Below are positions 46,890 to 56,847 of a DNA stretch of 64,000 nucleotides, piece after piece. The stretch is from the NCBI GenBank assembly GCA_020725605.1, contig DYER01000030.1, positions 83 to 64,082 on the forward strand, written 5' to 3'. Numbering within the stretch: position 1 is the stretch's first letter; every line of letters begins with the position of its first letter. The stretch is from Ammonifex sp. Its GTDB lineage: Bacteria; Bacillota; Desulfotomaculia; Desulfotomaculales; DYER01. The notes beneath the pieces are model-generated. The model was not told the DNA's origin. It ran no database searches and was given only the letters and a program-made list of their open reading frames with translations. The translations under genes were made by a program, and so were the position numbers.

Positions 46890-48101
46890 TCACTCCACCA
46901 CGCTCAGGAGATGGCCGAGCTTTCTCTTTTTGGTGGACAGGTAAAAGCTGTTGTACTTGCCGGGCCGGCACTCGATGGGCACCCGGCGCACGACCTCCAG
47001 CCCGTAGCCCTGGAGGCCGCGGATCTTGCGCGGGTTGTTGGTCATCAGGGACATCTTGCGGATGCCCAGGTCCACCAGAATCTGGGCCCCCAGTCCGTAG
47101 TCCCGCAGGTCCGGCGGGAACCCCAGGGCCTCGTTGGCCTCCACGGTGTCCTTGCCCTGGTCCTGGAGTTCGTAGGCCCGGATCTTGTTGAGCAGGCCTA
47201 TGCCGCGGCCCTCCTGCCGCATGTAGACCAGCACTCCCACCCCGGCCTCTTCGATCATCTCCAGGGCCCGCCGTACCTGCTCGCCGCAGTCGCAGCGCAG
47301 GGACCCGAACACGTCCCCGGTGAGGCACTCCGAGTGCACCCGCACCAGGGGCGCCTCCACGCTGCTCAGGTCACCCTTTACCAGCGCCAGGTGGCCCCGG
47401 TGGTCCAGGATGCTCTCGTAGGCGATGACCGTGAACTCACCGTAGCACGACGGCAGCTTCGCCTCTCCCACCCGGCGGATGAGCTTCTCGGTACGCCGGC
47501 GGTACTGGATGAGGTCCGCGATGGTGACGATCTTCAAACCGTGCCTGGCCACGAACTCCATGAGTTCGGGCACCCGGGCCATGGTGCCGTCTTCCTTCAT
47601 GATCTCGCAGATGACGCCCGCGGGATACAGGCCGGCCAGCCGAGCCAGGTCCACGGCCGCTTCGGTGTGCCCGGCCCGGCGCAAAACGCCGCCGTCCTTG
47701 TACCGCAGGGGAAAGACGTGGCCCGGCCGCCGCAGGTCCTCGGGCCGGGTACGCGGATCGAGGATGGCCTTGATGGTGGCGGCCCGCTCGTGGGCCGAGA
47801 TGCCCGTGGTGGTCCACCGGGCGTCCACCGAAACCGTGAAGGCCGTGCCGTGGGGGTCCGTGTTCTGGGTCACCATGAGGGGCAGGTCCAGCTCGTCCAG
47901 ACGCTGTCCGACGATGGCCAGGCACACCAGGCCCCGGCCGTACATGGTCATAAAATTGACGGCCTCGGGCGTGACCTTTTCGGCCGCCATTACCAGGTCG
48001 CCCTCGTTTTCCCGGTCCTCGTCGTCGACCACCACCACCATCTTGCCGGCCCGGAGGTCCTCGATGGCCTCTTCGATGGTGTTGAACCTGAAGTTTTCCA
48101 C
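46890..48101 (-). CDS. ribBA: Bifunctional 3,4-dihydroxy-2-butanone-4-phosphate synthase / GTP cyclohydrolase II
   Basis: 403 aa. ...[12 protein letters not shown]..., ...[20 protein letters not shown]... Confidence 0.95.
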   Translation of the reverse strand: MENFRFNTIEEAIEDLRAGKMVVVVDDEDRENEGDLVMAAEKVTPEAVNFMTMYGRGLVCLAIVGQRLDELDLPLMVTQNTDPHGTAFTVSVDARWTTTGISAHERAATIKAILDPRTRPEDLRRPGHVFPLRYKDGGVLRRAGHTEAAVDLARLAGLYPAGVICEIMKEDGTMARVPELMEFVARHGLKIVTIADLIQYRRRTEKLIRRVGEAKLPSCYGEFTVIAYESILDHRGHLALVKGDLSSVEAPLVRVHSECLTGDVFGSLRCDCGEQVRRALEMIEEAGVGVLVYMRQEGRGIGLLNKIRAYELQDQGKDTVEANEALGFPPDLRDYGLGAQILVDLGIRKMSLMTNNPRKIRGLQGYGLEVVRRVPIECRPGKYNSFYLSTKKRKLGHLLSVVE

Positions 48102-48141
48102 CGGTGCTCCTCCCCCGACGCCAGGTCGCGTGCCGCCCGCC

Positions 48142-48783
48142 CTACAGGAAGCCGTGCTCGGCCAGAAAGTCCTCGTCCAGTTTCCCGGTGTGGGTGTGCG
48201 GGGCCAGCAGTTTCGCGACGTACTTGCCTATCAGGTCCGCCTCCAGGTTGACCTTCGCCCCCGGTCGTTTAAAGCCCAGAGTGGTGTGCCGGGCCGTGTG
48301 GGGCACGATGGCCACCCGGAAGCTACCGGTATCATAGTCTACCACGGTCAAGCTGACACCGTCAACCGCAACGGCGCCCTTGGGCACCAGGTAACGCAGC
48401 ACCTCGGGCGGGGCCTGAATGGTGATCAGTTCGGAAATGTCCTGCCGCCGGCGGTCCAGGAGCACCCCCACCCCGTCCACGTGCCCGGTCACCAGGTGGC
48501 CCCCAAGGCGGTCCCCCAGGCGCAGGGCCCGCTCCAGGTTGACCCGGTCCCCGGGCCTGAGTTCCCCCAGGTTGGTCCTGGCCAGGGTTTCGGCCATTAC
48601 GTCGGCCGTGAAGGCGCCCCGTTCCAGGCCGGTTACGGTCAGGCACGCGCCGTTGACCGCGATGCTGTCGCCGACCCCCGTGCCCTCCAGCGCCTTTTGC
48701 GCCGCCACGGTGAGACGCGCCGAGGCGGGGCCCCGCACCAGGGCCCGGACCGTACCGAGTTCCTCCACGATGCCCGTGAACAA
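48142..48783 (-). CDS. ribE: Riboflavin synthase
   Basis: 213 aa. [10 protein letters not shown]...[13 protein letters not shown]...[10 protein letters not shown]... Confidence 0.9.
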   Translation of the reverse strand: MFTGIVEELGTVRALVRGPASARLTVAAQKALEGTGVGDSIAVNGACLTVTGLERGAFTADVMAETLARTNLGELRPGDRVNLERALRLGDRLGGHLVTGHVDGVGVLLDRRRQDISELITIQAPPEVLRYLVPKGAVAVDGVSLTVVDYDTGSFRVAIVPHTARHTTLGFKRPGAKVNLEADLIGKYVAKLLAPHTHTGKLDEDFLAEHGFL

Positions 48784-48890
48784 CCGCAGTTCCCCCCGTT
48801 ACGCCTGGCACCGAGATGTGGGGCCCCCCTGCCCGGAGGCGGCTCCGGAATCCCGTGCGGCCCCCCGCCTGCGGCACCGGAGGGGCACCC

Positions 48891-50051
48891 CTAGACCGGC
48901 AGCCGGCCCCGCACGTACCCCTCGATACATATGTCGGGTCCGTACCTGGTCACCTCGACGTCCTCCACGGCCAGGGCCGCGGCCGGATCCGTCACGCCCG
49001 GCCCCCCCACCGGCCCGGGGGCCTCGCGCCCCCCAAAGATCCTGGGCGCCACGAACCACACCACTTTGTCCACCACTCCCGCGGCCAGGGCCGCGGCGTG
49101 CACGGTGGCCCCGCCCTCCACCAGCACGCTCGTGATTTCGCGGCGTCCCAGTTCCTCCAGGAGCGCCGGCAGGCTCACCCGGCCGTCCTGTTCCGGAAGT
49201 ACCACCACCTGCGCCCCGGCCTCCTCCAGGCGCCTGACACGTCCGGCGGGGGCACTCCCCGTGACGGCCACGATGGTGGGGGCCGGCGAGCCCCCGGTGA
49301 GCACCCGGGCCGTCTCCGGCAGGCGGGCGCGGCTGTCCAGCACCACCCGCACCGGGTCCCGTCCCCCTTCGGGCAACCTCACGGTGAGGGCCGGGTCGTC
49401 GGCCAGGACCGTACCTATGCCCACCAGTACCGCGTCGCAGGTGTCGCGCAGGACGTGGACGTACGCCCGGGCCTCGGGTCCGGTGATCCACCGGGAGGCC
49501 CCGGTCCTCGTGGCTATCTTGCCGTCCAGGGTCATGGCCACCTTCATAACCACGAAGGGAAGGCGCGTCGTGATGTACTTGCAGAAGGCCTCGTTCAGCC
49601 GGGCGGCCTCCTTCTCCAGCACCCCCACGGCGACCTCCAGGCCGGCCCGCCGCAGGCGCTCAAGCCCGCGGCCGGCCACCAGGGGATTGGGGTCCTTCAT
49701 GGCCGCCACCACCCGGGCCACGCCCGCCTCCAGGATGGCCTCGGTGCAGGGCCCGGTGCGGCCCGTGTGACAGCAGGGCTCGAGGGAAACGTAAAGGGTG
49801 GCACCGCGGGCCGCCTCACCGGCCTCGCGCAGCGCCACCACCTCGGCGTGCGGGCCACCCGCCCTCTCGTGAAACCCCCGTCCTACGATGCGGCCGTCCC
49901 TGACCACCACCGCCCCCACCATGGGGTTGGGGCTGGTGCGCCCCCGGCCGCGACGGGCCAGGTCCAGGGCCAGCCGCATATAGGTTTCGTCGTTCCCAAC
50001 CGAGGTATCCAGGGCAATTTGGGCCGCGGAATCATTACCGCAGGGGTGCAA
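48891..50051 (-). CDS. ribD: Bifunctional riboflavin biosynthesis deaminase/reductase
   Basis: ...YMRLALDLARRGRGRTSPNPMVGAVVV...HAEV...LEPCCHTGRTGPC... The TTG at 50051 follows GAGGGAG. An ATG at 49978 is an alternative start. Confidence 0.9.
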   Translation of the reverse strand: MHPCGNDSAAQIALDTSVGNDETYMRLALDLARRGRGRTSPNPMVGAVVVRDGRIVGRGFHERAGGPHAEVVALREAGEAARGATLYVSLEPCCHTGRTGPCTEAILEAGVARVVAAMKDPNPLVAGRGLERLRRAGLEVAVGVLEKEAARLNEAFCKYITTRLPFVVMKVAMTLDGKIATRTGASRWITGPEARAYVHVLRDTCDAVLVGIGTVLADDPALTVRLPEGGRDPVRVVLDSRARLPETARVLTGGSPAPTIVAVTGSAPAGRVRRLEEAGAQVVVLPEQDGRVSLPALLEELGRREITSVLVEGGATVHAAALAAGVVDKVVWFVAPRIFGGREAPGPVGGPGVTDPAAALAVEDVEVTRYGPDICIEGYVRGRLPV

Positions 50052-50090
50052 AGGTCTCCCTCGCCTCCACCCTTGATTATAACACGCGGC

Positions 50091-53000
50091 TTAAAACTCG
50101 AACAACTGAAGCTGCTCGTGGCCCGGGCGGCCTTCGGAGCCACCCTTTTTCTTGCCGCCAGGACCGGCCCAACCTTTCCTCTGCAGGCAGTCCGGAGGCA
50201 GGTACCGGAGAAAGGCCGAAGGTCCGGTCCGTACCCTGGTGCCGCGCAGGGTGCGAGTACGGGCCGAGGTGAGGATGAGAAGGTCTCGGGCCCGGGTGAG
50301 GCCAACATAAAACAGGCGGCGCTCCTCGTCGGGGTCCTCGGCGTCCCTCAAAGGCAGCAGCCCGTCTTCCACCCCCGTGATGAAAACCACGGGAAATTCC
50401 AGCCCCTTGGCGGCGTGGAGGGTCATGAGGCTGACGGCTTCGGGCGTGGGACCTCCGGCGCCCGGCCGCTCCCAGTCGGCCTCCTGGGCCAGCACCAGGC
50501 CGCGCAGGAAGGAAGCGAGGTTACCGAAGCGCGCCGCCAGCCGCAGCAGGCGGCGCATGGACTCCGCCGCCCCGCTCTCCCCTTGTTCGACCACGCGGGC
50601 CAGAAGCCTTTCGGGCGGTTCGGCCGCGGCCAGCCGGCGATACGCTTCCACCTCAGCCACGAAGGCCGCCAGTTTTTCCCGGTCCGCGGGATCCAGCGCC
50701 GCCGAGGAAGCCAGGGCCGAGGCCGCGCGCCAGACGCCGCCGCGCCGGCCCGCCTCCTCCCGCACCAGGGCCAGGCCGCGGGGCCCGAGGCGGAAGCGAT
50801 CGCCGCCGAGACAGAGCAGGGCGTGCCAGTCGTCCTCCGGGTCGGCCACGCAGCGCAAAAAGTTCAGGACCTCCCGTACGGGCCGCTCCTCCAGAAAACC
50901 CTCCCTGCCCACCACCCGGTAGGGGATCCCCTCCTTCAGGAGGCACTCCTCGAGGAGCGCGGCCTGCCTCCCGGTGCGGAACAGCACCGCGATGTCGGCG
51001 AAGCCCCACCTCCCTCCGTCCTGCCCGGCGGTCAGCATGCTGGTCCCGCCCACCAGCCCGGAGATCTCCCGCGCCACAGCAATGCCCTCGGCCGTTTCCC
51101 CCGGGGCCTCGAGGTGGACGACCTGCGCCCCGTCCTCCCTGACGGCCGTCAGGTCCCCCGGGTCGGCCGCGAGGGCCCGCGCCGCGCGCAGGATGGTGGG
51201 GGTGGAGCGGTAGTTCACCCGCAAGCGGCAAACCTTGGCCTGCGGAAAGTCCTCCTTAAGCCGGCGGAAAAGCCGGTGGTCCGCCCCGCGGAAACCGTAG
51301 ATGGCCTGGTCCGGGTCCCCGATGACGAAGAGGTTTTCGGGCCTCCTGGCCCAGAGGCGCACCAGGCGGTACTGCACCGGGTTCACGTCCTGAAACTCGT
51401 CCACCAGGAGGTGGGTGCACCGGCAGAGAAATTCCCGGACGGGACCCGAGGCGGGGTCCGCCTCCACCAGGGCCGCGGCCTCCAGGAGCAGGTCGTCGTA
51501 GTCCAGGGCGCGGTAGGAGGCCAGTTTCTCCAGGTAGGCCAGGTAGAGGGGCCGGAGGTCCGGGGGCACGCCGGGGTCCTCGGGTCCCAGGCCGCGGCTC
51601 TTGTAGAGGGAAAGGACCTGCTGCCACCGGGCCGCCTCGCGCGGCGGCCTGCCGGCCTCCCGCAGGGCCTCGGCCAGCACCTCCCGGGCGTCCACCTCGT
51701 CCAGCACGGTGAGGCGTTCGGGCGACCGCGCCCTGCGCAGCAGGTCCAGGCAGAGGCCGTGGAAGGTGCCCACCGTGAGGTCCCCCGGGTCCGCCGCACC
51801 CGCCAGGATCTCGCCTGCGCGCCGGCGGACCTCCTCCGCGGCCCTGTTGGTAAAGGTGACGGCGGTGATTTCCCGGGGCGGCACCCCCCGTTCGCCCACC
51901 AGGTGGGCGATGCGGTACACCAGGGTGCGGGTCTTGCCCGTGCCCGGCCCGGCGATTACGATCACCGGGCCCTCCGTGGCCCGCACCGCGGCCCATTGTT
52001 CCCGGTTCAGGGGCTCGGAAAACGGAGCCGGGGCCTCCGGCCGGGCCGGCATACCCACGGGCCTCACCCTGCCCCCCGCGGGCCCTACCTCCCCGGCGGA
52101 TTCTTTTTCCCCCGGCACCGGGCCGGTTACGGCGAAGAAGCGGGTCTGCTCCCCGAAGAGGCTTCTCTCTTCCGGCCGGATCAGGACGATCTTCCCGTAC
52201 TCGCCGTCGAAGCCCGGTAGCAGCTCTATTTCGCCCGCCCGCATGCGGCGCAGGGCCTCGGCCACTAAAGATCCGGCCAGGCGCGCTACCTCCTCCAGGG
52301 GGGCACTGCGCAGCACGAAGAGTTCGGGGCCCAGACGCTGCAGAAGGGAGAAATAGGTCCGGAGGACCTGCCGGGAGTTGGGTCCCACGCCCAGGGCGTC
52401 GGCGATGACCTCGGGTAGCGGCACCAGGCTCTCGAAGGGGCGGGCCCCGGCGGGCCGCGCGCCGGGCGCCCGGTCCGCCAGTTCCTCCACCCGGTGTAGC
52501 ACCCCCACGGTCACCCGGCGACCGCAAACGGGACAGAGGCCGCCGTTCTTCAGGGTTTCGGCCGGACGCCAGCGTACCCGGCAGGCGCGGTGGCCGTCGT
52601 AGTGGTACTTGCCCTCCTCCGGAAAGAATTCCAGGGTCCCCACGAGGCCGCCCGAGGCGCCCCGCAGGGCCAGGTAGAGGTCCGGGTAGGTAAGGGGGGT
52701 GTCCAGGAGATTGGCCTCCCGGGCCAGGTTCCGGGGCGAGTGGGCGTCGGAATTGGAGACGAGCAGGAAGCGGTCCAGGGCCGAAAGCCGCCAGTTCATG
52801 GGCGGGTCCGAGGAGAGGCCCGTCTCCAGGGCCGTTACGTGGGCCGTGAGGTCTTCGAAGCATTCTTCGGCCGCGTCGAAGCCGGAATTCGCCCCGAACA
52901 GGGAGAAGTGCGGGGTCCAGACGTGGGCCGGTACGAGCAGGGCTTCGGGCGCGGTTTCCAGCACCAGGGCCAAAAGGTCACGGCTGTCGAGGCCCAGCAC

Positions 53001-53435
53001 GGGGCGGCCGTCGGCTTCCATGTTGCCGTACCTGCCGAGGCTCCGGCCCAGGCGCTCGGCGGCCGCGAGGTCCGGCAACAGCACGAGGTGGTGGACCTTG
53101 CGCACCCGTCCGCCTTTCTTGTAGATGGTGCTGACCTCGCCGGTGACCACGAAGCGCACCAGCGGCCGGCCGTCGGGCTCCACGGGGCCGGGCCAGTGGG
53201 CCACCGGAGGCCGGCGCAGGTCTTCGGGCTCCTTCTTGAGGCGGTATAGCCCCCCTTCCGCCTCGGCAAGCCCGTCCCGCAGTTCTTCCCGCCAGGCCGG
53301 GTGGGTGCAGTCGCCCGTGCCCACCAGGCTCACGCCCTTGTACACGGCCCAGCGGTAGTAATTTTCCGGCGTGGCGTCCCGGCTGGTGGCCCGGGAGTAG
53401 CGGGAATGGACGTGCAGGTCCGCGACGTACTCCAT
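50091..53435 (-). CDS. Fusion protein: N-terminal endonuclease Q-like PHP domain with zinc finger, plus C-terminal UvrD/PcrA-type superfamily 1 helicase
   Basis: 1114 aa. The N-terminus ADLHVHSRYSRATS...GTGDCTHPAW...FFPEEGKYHYDGHRAC...CPVCGRRVTVGVLHRVEELAD is an EndoQ/TIGR00375-like pattern. From about aa 480: LNREQWAAV...VIAGPGTGKTRTLVYRIAHL...TFTNRAAEE...DEFQD...TLHAAKGLEF...LFYVGLTRA. Confidence 0.85.
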   Translation of the reverse strand: MEYVADLHVHSRYSRATSRDATPENYYRWAVYKGVSLVGTGDCTHPAWREELRDGLAEAEGGLYRLKKEPEDLRRPPVAHWPGPVEPDGRPLVRFVVTGEVSTIYKKGGRVRKVHHLVLLPDLAAAERLGRSLGRYGNMEADGRPVLGLDSRDLLALVLETAPEALLVPAHVWTPHFSLFGANSGFDAAEECFEDLTAHVTALETGLSSDPPMNWRLSALDRFLLVSNSDAHSPRNLAREANLLDTPLTYPDLYLALRGASGGLVGTLEFFPEEGKYHYDGHRACRVRWRPAETLKNGGLCPVCGRRVTVGVLHRVEELADRAPGARPAGARPFESLVPLPEVIADALGVGPNSRQVLRTYFSLLQRLGPELFVLRSAPLEEVARLAGSLVAEALRRMRAGEIELLPGFDGEYGKIVLIRPEERSLFGEQTRFFAVTGPVPGEKESAGEVGPAGGRVRPVGMPARPEAPAPFSEPLNREQWAAVRATEGPVIVIAGPGTGKTRTLVYRIAHLVGERGVPPREITAVTFTNRAAEEVRRRAGEILAGAADPGDLTVGTFHGLCLDLLRRARSPERLTVLDEVDAREVLAEALREAGRPPREAARWQQVLSLYKSRGLGPEDPGVPPDLRPLYLAYLEKLASYRALDYDDLLLEAAALVEADPASGPVREFLCRCTHLLVDEFQDVNPVQYRLVRLWARRPENLFVIGDPDQAIYGFRGADHRLFRRLKEDFPQAKVCRLRVNYRSTPTILRAARALAADPGDLTAVREDGAQVVHLEAPGETAEGIAVAREISGLVGGTSMLTAGQDGGRWGFADIAVLFRTGRQAALLEECLLKEGIPYRVVGREGFLEERPVREVLNFLRCVADPEDDWHALLCLGGDRFRLGPRGLALVREEAGRRGGVWRAASALASSAALDPADREKLAAFVAEVEAYRRLAAAEPPERLLARVVEQGESGAAESMRRLLRLAARFGNLASFLRGLVLAQEADWERPGAGGPTPEAVSLMTLHAAKGLEFPVVFITGVEDGLLPLRDAEDPDEERRLFYVGLTRARDLLILTSARTRTLRGTRVRTGPSAFLRYLPPDCLQRKGWAGPGGKKKGGSEGRPGHEQLQLFEF

Positions 53436-53511
53436 GACTTTTCCCCCGCGCCTTTCTCCTCTTAAATTCTACCGCACCGGCGGACTCCCCTGCATTTTCA
53501 CCGTGCACCTA

Positions 53512-53520
53512 TGGTATAAT
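53512..53520 (+). promoter_or_regulatory. Candidate extended -10 promoter element for the radical SAM gene
   Basis: TGgTATAAT at 53512-53520. The -35 is weak (TGCATT, 18 nt upstream). Confidence 0.35.
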
Positions 53521-53586
53521 CTTGGTGGGCGCGGGGCCGGCAGGTCGGTCGCCCCGCGTAAGGGCCGCCGCCAAGGGGGGAGCAAC

Positions 53587-54570
53587 GTGGGCTTCAACGG
53601 GGAATTTCGCCTTCGGAAAGCTACCCGGTCCCCGGCATCGGGGGGTGGGCACAATGCCCCGCCGTTCGTACCCGCCTACCGCCGCCTGGCCCGGGAAGAG
53701 CTGGCGCGCCGTGCGCAGGAAGCCCTGACGGGCCTGAAGGAGTGCCGCGTGTGCCCCCACCGCTGCGGCGTGGACCGCACCGCCGGGGAGAAGGGATTCT
53801 GCAAGGCCGGGGCCCGGGCCCTGGTGAGCAGCTACGGCCCCCACTTCGGGGAGGAGGCGCCCCTGGTCGGCCTGCACGGCTCGGGCACCATCTTCTTCGG
53901 CCTCTGCAACATGCGCTGCATCTACTGCCAGAACTACCAGCTGAGCTGGGGCGGCGAGGGGGATCCCGTGACGGCCGAGGAACTGGCCCGCATGATGCTC
54001 TGGCTGCAGAAAATCGGCTGTCACAACATCAATTTCGTTTCCCCCACTCACTTCGTACCCCAGATCCTTGAAGGCCTCGTCGTGGCCGCGGAACGGGGTC
54101 TGGAGCTACCCCTGGTGTACAACTGCGGCGGCTACGAGGCCCCGGAAACCCTGGCCCTGCTGGACGGCATCATCGACATCTACATGCCGGACCTGAAGTA
54201 CGCGGATGCCGAGACCGCCCGCAGGTACTCGGGCGTGCGCGACTACCCGGCGGTGGCCAAGGCCGCCATCAAGGAAATGCAGCGCCAGGTGGGGGACCTG
54301 ACCTTCGACGAAAACGGCATCGCCCTCAGGGGCCTGCTGGTCCGACACCTGGTGCTTCCGGGGGGCCTGGCAGGTACGGACGAACTCATGGAGTTCCTGG
54401 CCCGCGAAGTGTCCCCGGATTGCTTCGTGAACGTGATGGCCCAGTACCACCCCTGCCTGCACGCCTGGGAGAACCCGCCCCTGGACCGCCGCCCCACCCC
54501 GGCCGAATACCGCGCCGCCGTGGCCGCGGCCCGGGACCGGGGCCTGAGGGTGTACCGCAACGGGCTTTAG
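53587..54570 (+). CDS. Radical SAM protein (COG1313/PflX-like putative activating enzyme)
   Basis: CNMRCIYCQN (CxxxCxxC). The conserved family N-terminus begins at FVPAYRRLAREEL...CRVCPHRCGVDR. The only in-frame canonical start upstream of it is the GTG at 53587, after GGGGGGAG, so repeat R8 would be translated. Confidence 0.8.
   Translation: MGFNGEFRLRKATRSPASGGGHNAPPFVPAYRRLAREELARRAQEALTGLKECRVCPHRCGVDRTAGEKGFCKAGARALVSSYGPHFGEEAPLVGLHGSGTIFFGLCNMRCIYCQNYQLSWGGEGDPVTAEELARMMLWLQKIGCHNINFVSPTHFVPQILEGLVVAAERGLELPLVYNCGGYEAPETLALLDGIIDIYMPDLKYADAETARRYSGVRDYPAVAKAAIKEMQRQVGDLTFDENGIALRGLLVRHLVLPGGLAGTDELMEFLAREVSPDCFVNVMAQYHPCLHAWENPPLDRRPTPAEYRAAVAAARDRGLRVYRNGL
53596..53666 (+). repeat. 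Inverted-repeat element, copy R8 (diverged), inside the predicted 5' end of the radical SAM CDS
   Basis: AACGGGGAATTTCGCC-TTCGGAAAGCTACCCGGTCCCCGGCATCGGGGGGTG-GGCACAATGCCCCGCCGTT. Confidence 0.7.
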
Positions 54571-54707
54571 GTCCAGCCCCGGAACCACAGGAACCGCGGC
54601 GCACCGTCCGCTCCGCCGCCGGCCAAAAGGGCGCCGCGGGCGGCGCCGGCCCGCCGCGGTGGGCGCGGCCGGGCAACCTGAAGAGCCCGCGGCCCGCCAC
54701 GGCGGAC

Positions 54708-54746
54708 GAAAAAGCGGCCGGCCCCGCAATGGGGTGCCGGCCGGCG
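54708..54746 (-). terminator. Rho-independent terminator after the MCP gene
   Basis: The minus strand has a GC-rich hairpin (CCGGCCGGCACCCC-attg-CGGGGCCGGCCG) followed by CTTTTTCG, about 20 nt after the stop at 54767. Confidence 0.6.
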
Positions 54747-54766
54747 CCAGGCAAGGCGGCCCGGCA

Positions 54767-56320
54767 TCAGGCCAGCCGGAACCTGGCCACCAATTTTTCC
54801 AGATCGCCGGCCAGTCCGGCCAGATCCCGAGCCGTGGCGGAAACCTTTTCTACAGTTGCCGTCTGCTCTTCGGCCGTCGCGGTCACATTTTGCACCGCCG
54901 CGGATATCTCCTCGGCCGAGGCGGCCACGGACTGGATATTGTCCGCCAGACTCTGAACAGAGCCAATGATTTCCGCAAAGGTGGCCCCGGCTTCCTTTAC
55001 CAGGCGTGCCCCGGCTTCCACCTGGGCCGCGTTCTGCTCGACACCCCGGAGGGCCTTCTGAGACTCCGCCTGGACGGCCGCGATGAGGGCCTGGATCTCT
55101 TTACCCGCTTGCGCCGACTGCTCGGCCAGCTTTCTGACCTCTTCGGCCACGACGGCAAAGCCCTTGCCGTGCTCTCCCGCCCGGGCGGCCTCGATGGCGG
55201 CGTTCAGGGCCAGCAGGTTCGTCTGGTCCGCAATGTGGGTAATGAGATCGACAATCTGGGTGATCTTCCCGCTGGCCTCGAGGAGCCCGTTGACGATCTG
55301 GCCCGCCGCCACGGCCACCTGTTGTATCTGGTCCATCTGTGCCAGGACATCCTGCAGGGCCTGGCTCCCTTTTCTGGCCAGCTGACCCGCCCTTTCGGAT
55401 TCGCCGGCGATGTGCTGGGTATTTGAAGCGACCTGTTCCACCGTGGCGGCCACTTCCCCGATGGTGGAGGCCGTCTCGTTGGCCCCGATGCTGACGTTTT
55501 CGGCGCTGGATGAGAGTTCGGCGGCACTGGAGGTTAGGAACCGGGACTTTTCCGCCAGCTGTCCGATAATCTCTTTCAGGTTGCGCACCATGGTATTAAA
55601 GGCCGCTCCCAACTGGCCGATCTCGTTTTTCGCCGTGACGGAAATCTGGCCGGTGAGGTCCCCGGAAGCGATCCGCGAGGCTTCCGCGGCGAGGGCCCTT
55701 ACCGGCCCGACGATTCCCCGCAGCAAGAGCAAGCAGATGGCCAGGCACGCGAGGACCGTCACGACGCCCGCAACCACCAGGAAATTCCGTAGCCTTACGG
55801 CATGAGCCGCGTCCTCTAAAGTCTCCCGGTGGACCCCCTCCGTCTTTCCTTCCACGTAATTGGTTACAATGGTCTGAAGCTGATTCCTCAGATCGGAGTA
55901 CTCACCCTTGTAAATGGCCACCGCTTCCTCGGGATTGGTACCGGCCTTCTCCATTATTTGGGCTTCCAGCTCGCAAAGGCGCACATTCAGCCTGTCGACG
56001 CGATCGAAGGTTTCCTTGCCGGCCGGGTCCAGCTCCTTCATCCTTTTGATGGTCCTGTCGATTTTGTCGGCGTATTCATTGTACCTCTGCCGCTCGTTTT
56101 GGTCTGAGGGGTCGATAATTATCCCCCGCACGGCATCGGTGAGGGTCAAATCCTGGAACTTAATCTCCTTCGCCGTAGCCAGTATTTCGATGTCTCTGGC
56201 CGCTATTTCAGAAAGCCTCTTACTCACGTGCGCCAGCTCCAGAACGGAAAGCCCCACGGCGAAGGCCAGCAACAGTACGACCAGCCCCATGCCAAGCTGC
56301 AGCCCGTAACGTTTCAGCAT
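54767..56320 (-). CDS. Methyl-accepting chemotaxis protein (4HB sensor, HAMP, MA domain)
   Basis: 517 aa with an N-terminal TM segment, a HAMP region and the conserved signalling hairpin ...[31 protein letters not shown]... Confidence 0.9.
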   Translation of the reverse strand: MLKRYGLQLGMGLVVLLLAFAVGLSVLELAHVSKRLSEIAARDIEILATAKEIKFQDLTLTDAVRGIIIDPSDQNERQRYNEYADKIDRTIKRMKELDPAGKETFDRVDRLNVRLCELEAQIMEKAGTNPEEAVAIYKGEYSDLRNQLQTIVTNYVEGKTEGVHRETLEDAAHAVRLRNFLVVAGVVTVLACLAICLLLLRGIVGPVRALAAEASRIASGDLTGQISVTAKNEIGQLGAAFNTMVRNLKEIIGQLAEKSRFLTSSAAELSSSAENVSIGANETASTIGEVAATVEQVASNTQHIAGESERAGQLARKGSQALQDVLAQMDQIQQVAVAAGQIVNGLLEASGKITQIVDLITHIADQTNLLALNAAIEAARAGEHGKGFAVVAEEVRKLAEQSAQAGKEIQALIAAVQAESQKALRGVEQNAAQVEAGARLVKEAGATFAEIIGSVQSLADNIQSVAASAEEISAAVQNVTATAEEQTATVEKVSATARDLAGLAGDLEKLVARFRLA

Positions 56321-56382
56321 GGTTACCCTCCTTCGATTTTCCTACCCGCGAAGCCCGCCGCCAAAGGCGCCTTCCGGCGCGC

Positions 56383-56409
56383 AGAAAAGACGGGCACGGT
56401 CTCCCGTCC
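56383..56409 (-). terminator. Terminator-like hairpin about 65 nt upstream of the MCP start
   Basis: The minus strand reads GGACGGG-agaccgtg-CCCGTCT followed by TTTC. Confidence 0.4.
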
Positions 56410-56819
56410 TTACCCCGAGGCCCTGCCCATGCGCCGCCCGCATGTTCTTCTCCGGCCCGGTCATCTTCGCCCCGCGCGCGTGTTACGCCTGGAAACCATG
56501 GTAATATGCGGGGATGAAGGCCACAAATCTCTTTTTGAGGCGAACCTTATATTTTTACCTTCGTTTCTCCAGAACTGCTTGCATTTCCAATACCTTATGC
56601 AGCTCCAAAGAACGACATATGTCACAAACCCGCGGCGGACCGCCGTGGGCTCCGGCAACGTGCGTTGAACTCCTTCAAGCCCGTGATATTAGGACGCACG
56701 CCAACTCCACACGACGGGTGAAGCGACCGGCAGCGGCGCTCACCCTAACCCCACCCGGTCCGGCTTCACCGGAACGCGCATATTTATACAGTTTGCTGCA
56801 TAAAAAGACAGGAGTGTTT

Positions 56820-56847
56820 CAAAAAATAAGGGTCCCCGGCGGAACCC
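56820..56847 (-). terminator. Candidate terminator downstream of yjbQ
   Basis: The minus strand reads GGGTTCCgccGGGGACCC followed by TTATTTTTTG. The stem is imperfect. Confidence 0.4.

Noticed and set aside
49978-50090. Short stretches upstream of ribD that loosely resemble pieces of the FMN riboswitch (CCCTGCGGTAATGATTCCGCGG, CCCTGGATACC).
   Set aside because: The region is too short for the roughly 130-150 nt RFN element, the conserved GGGTGAAATTCC and CCGACAGT blocks are absent, and the region is probably the ribD N-terminal coding sequence.
56389-56408. The hairpin GACGGG-N8-CCCGTC shares its stem with the outer ends of the repeat arms, so it could be a minimal derivative of the element.
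   Set aside because: Six shared nucleotides are too few to claim homology. It is treated simply as a terminator-like hairpin.
56731-56750. The minus-strand sequence TTAGGGTGAGCGCCGC resembles the T-box motif (AATTAGGGTGGTACCGCG).
   Set aside because: Only the first 8 nt match. No specifier-loop, stem I or antiterminator architecture is evident, and the downstream gene is an MCP rather than an aminoacyl-tRNA synthetase or amino-acid gene.
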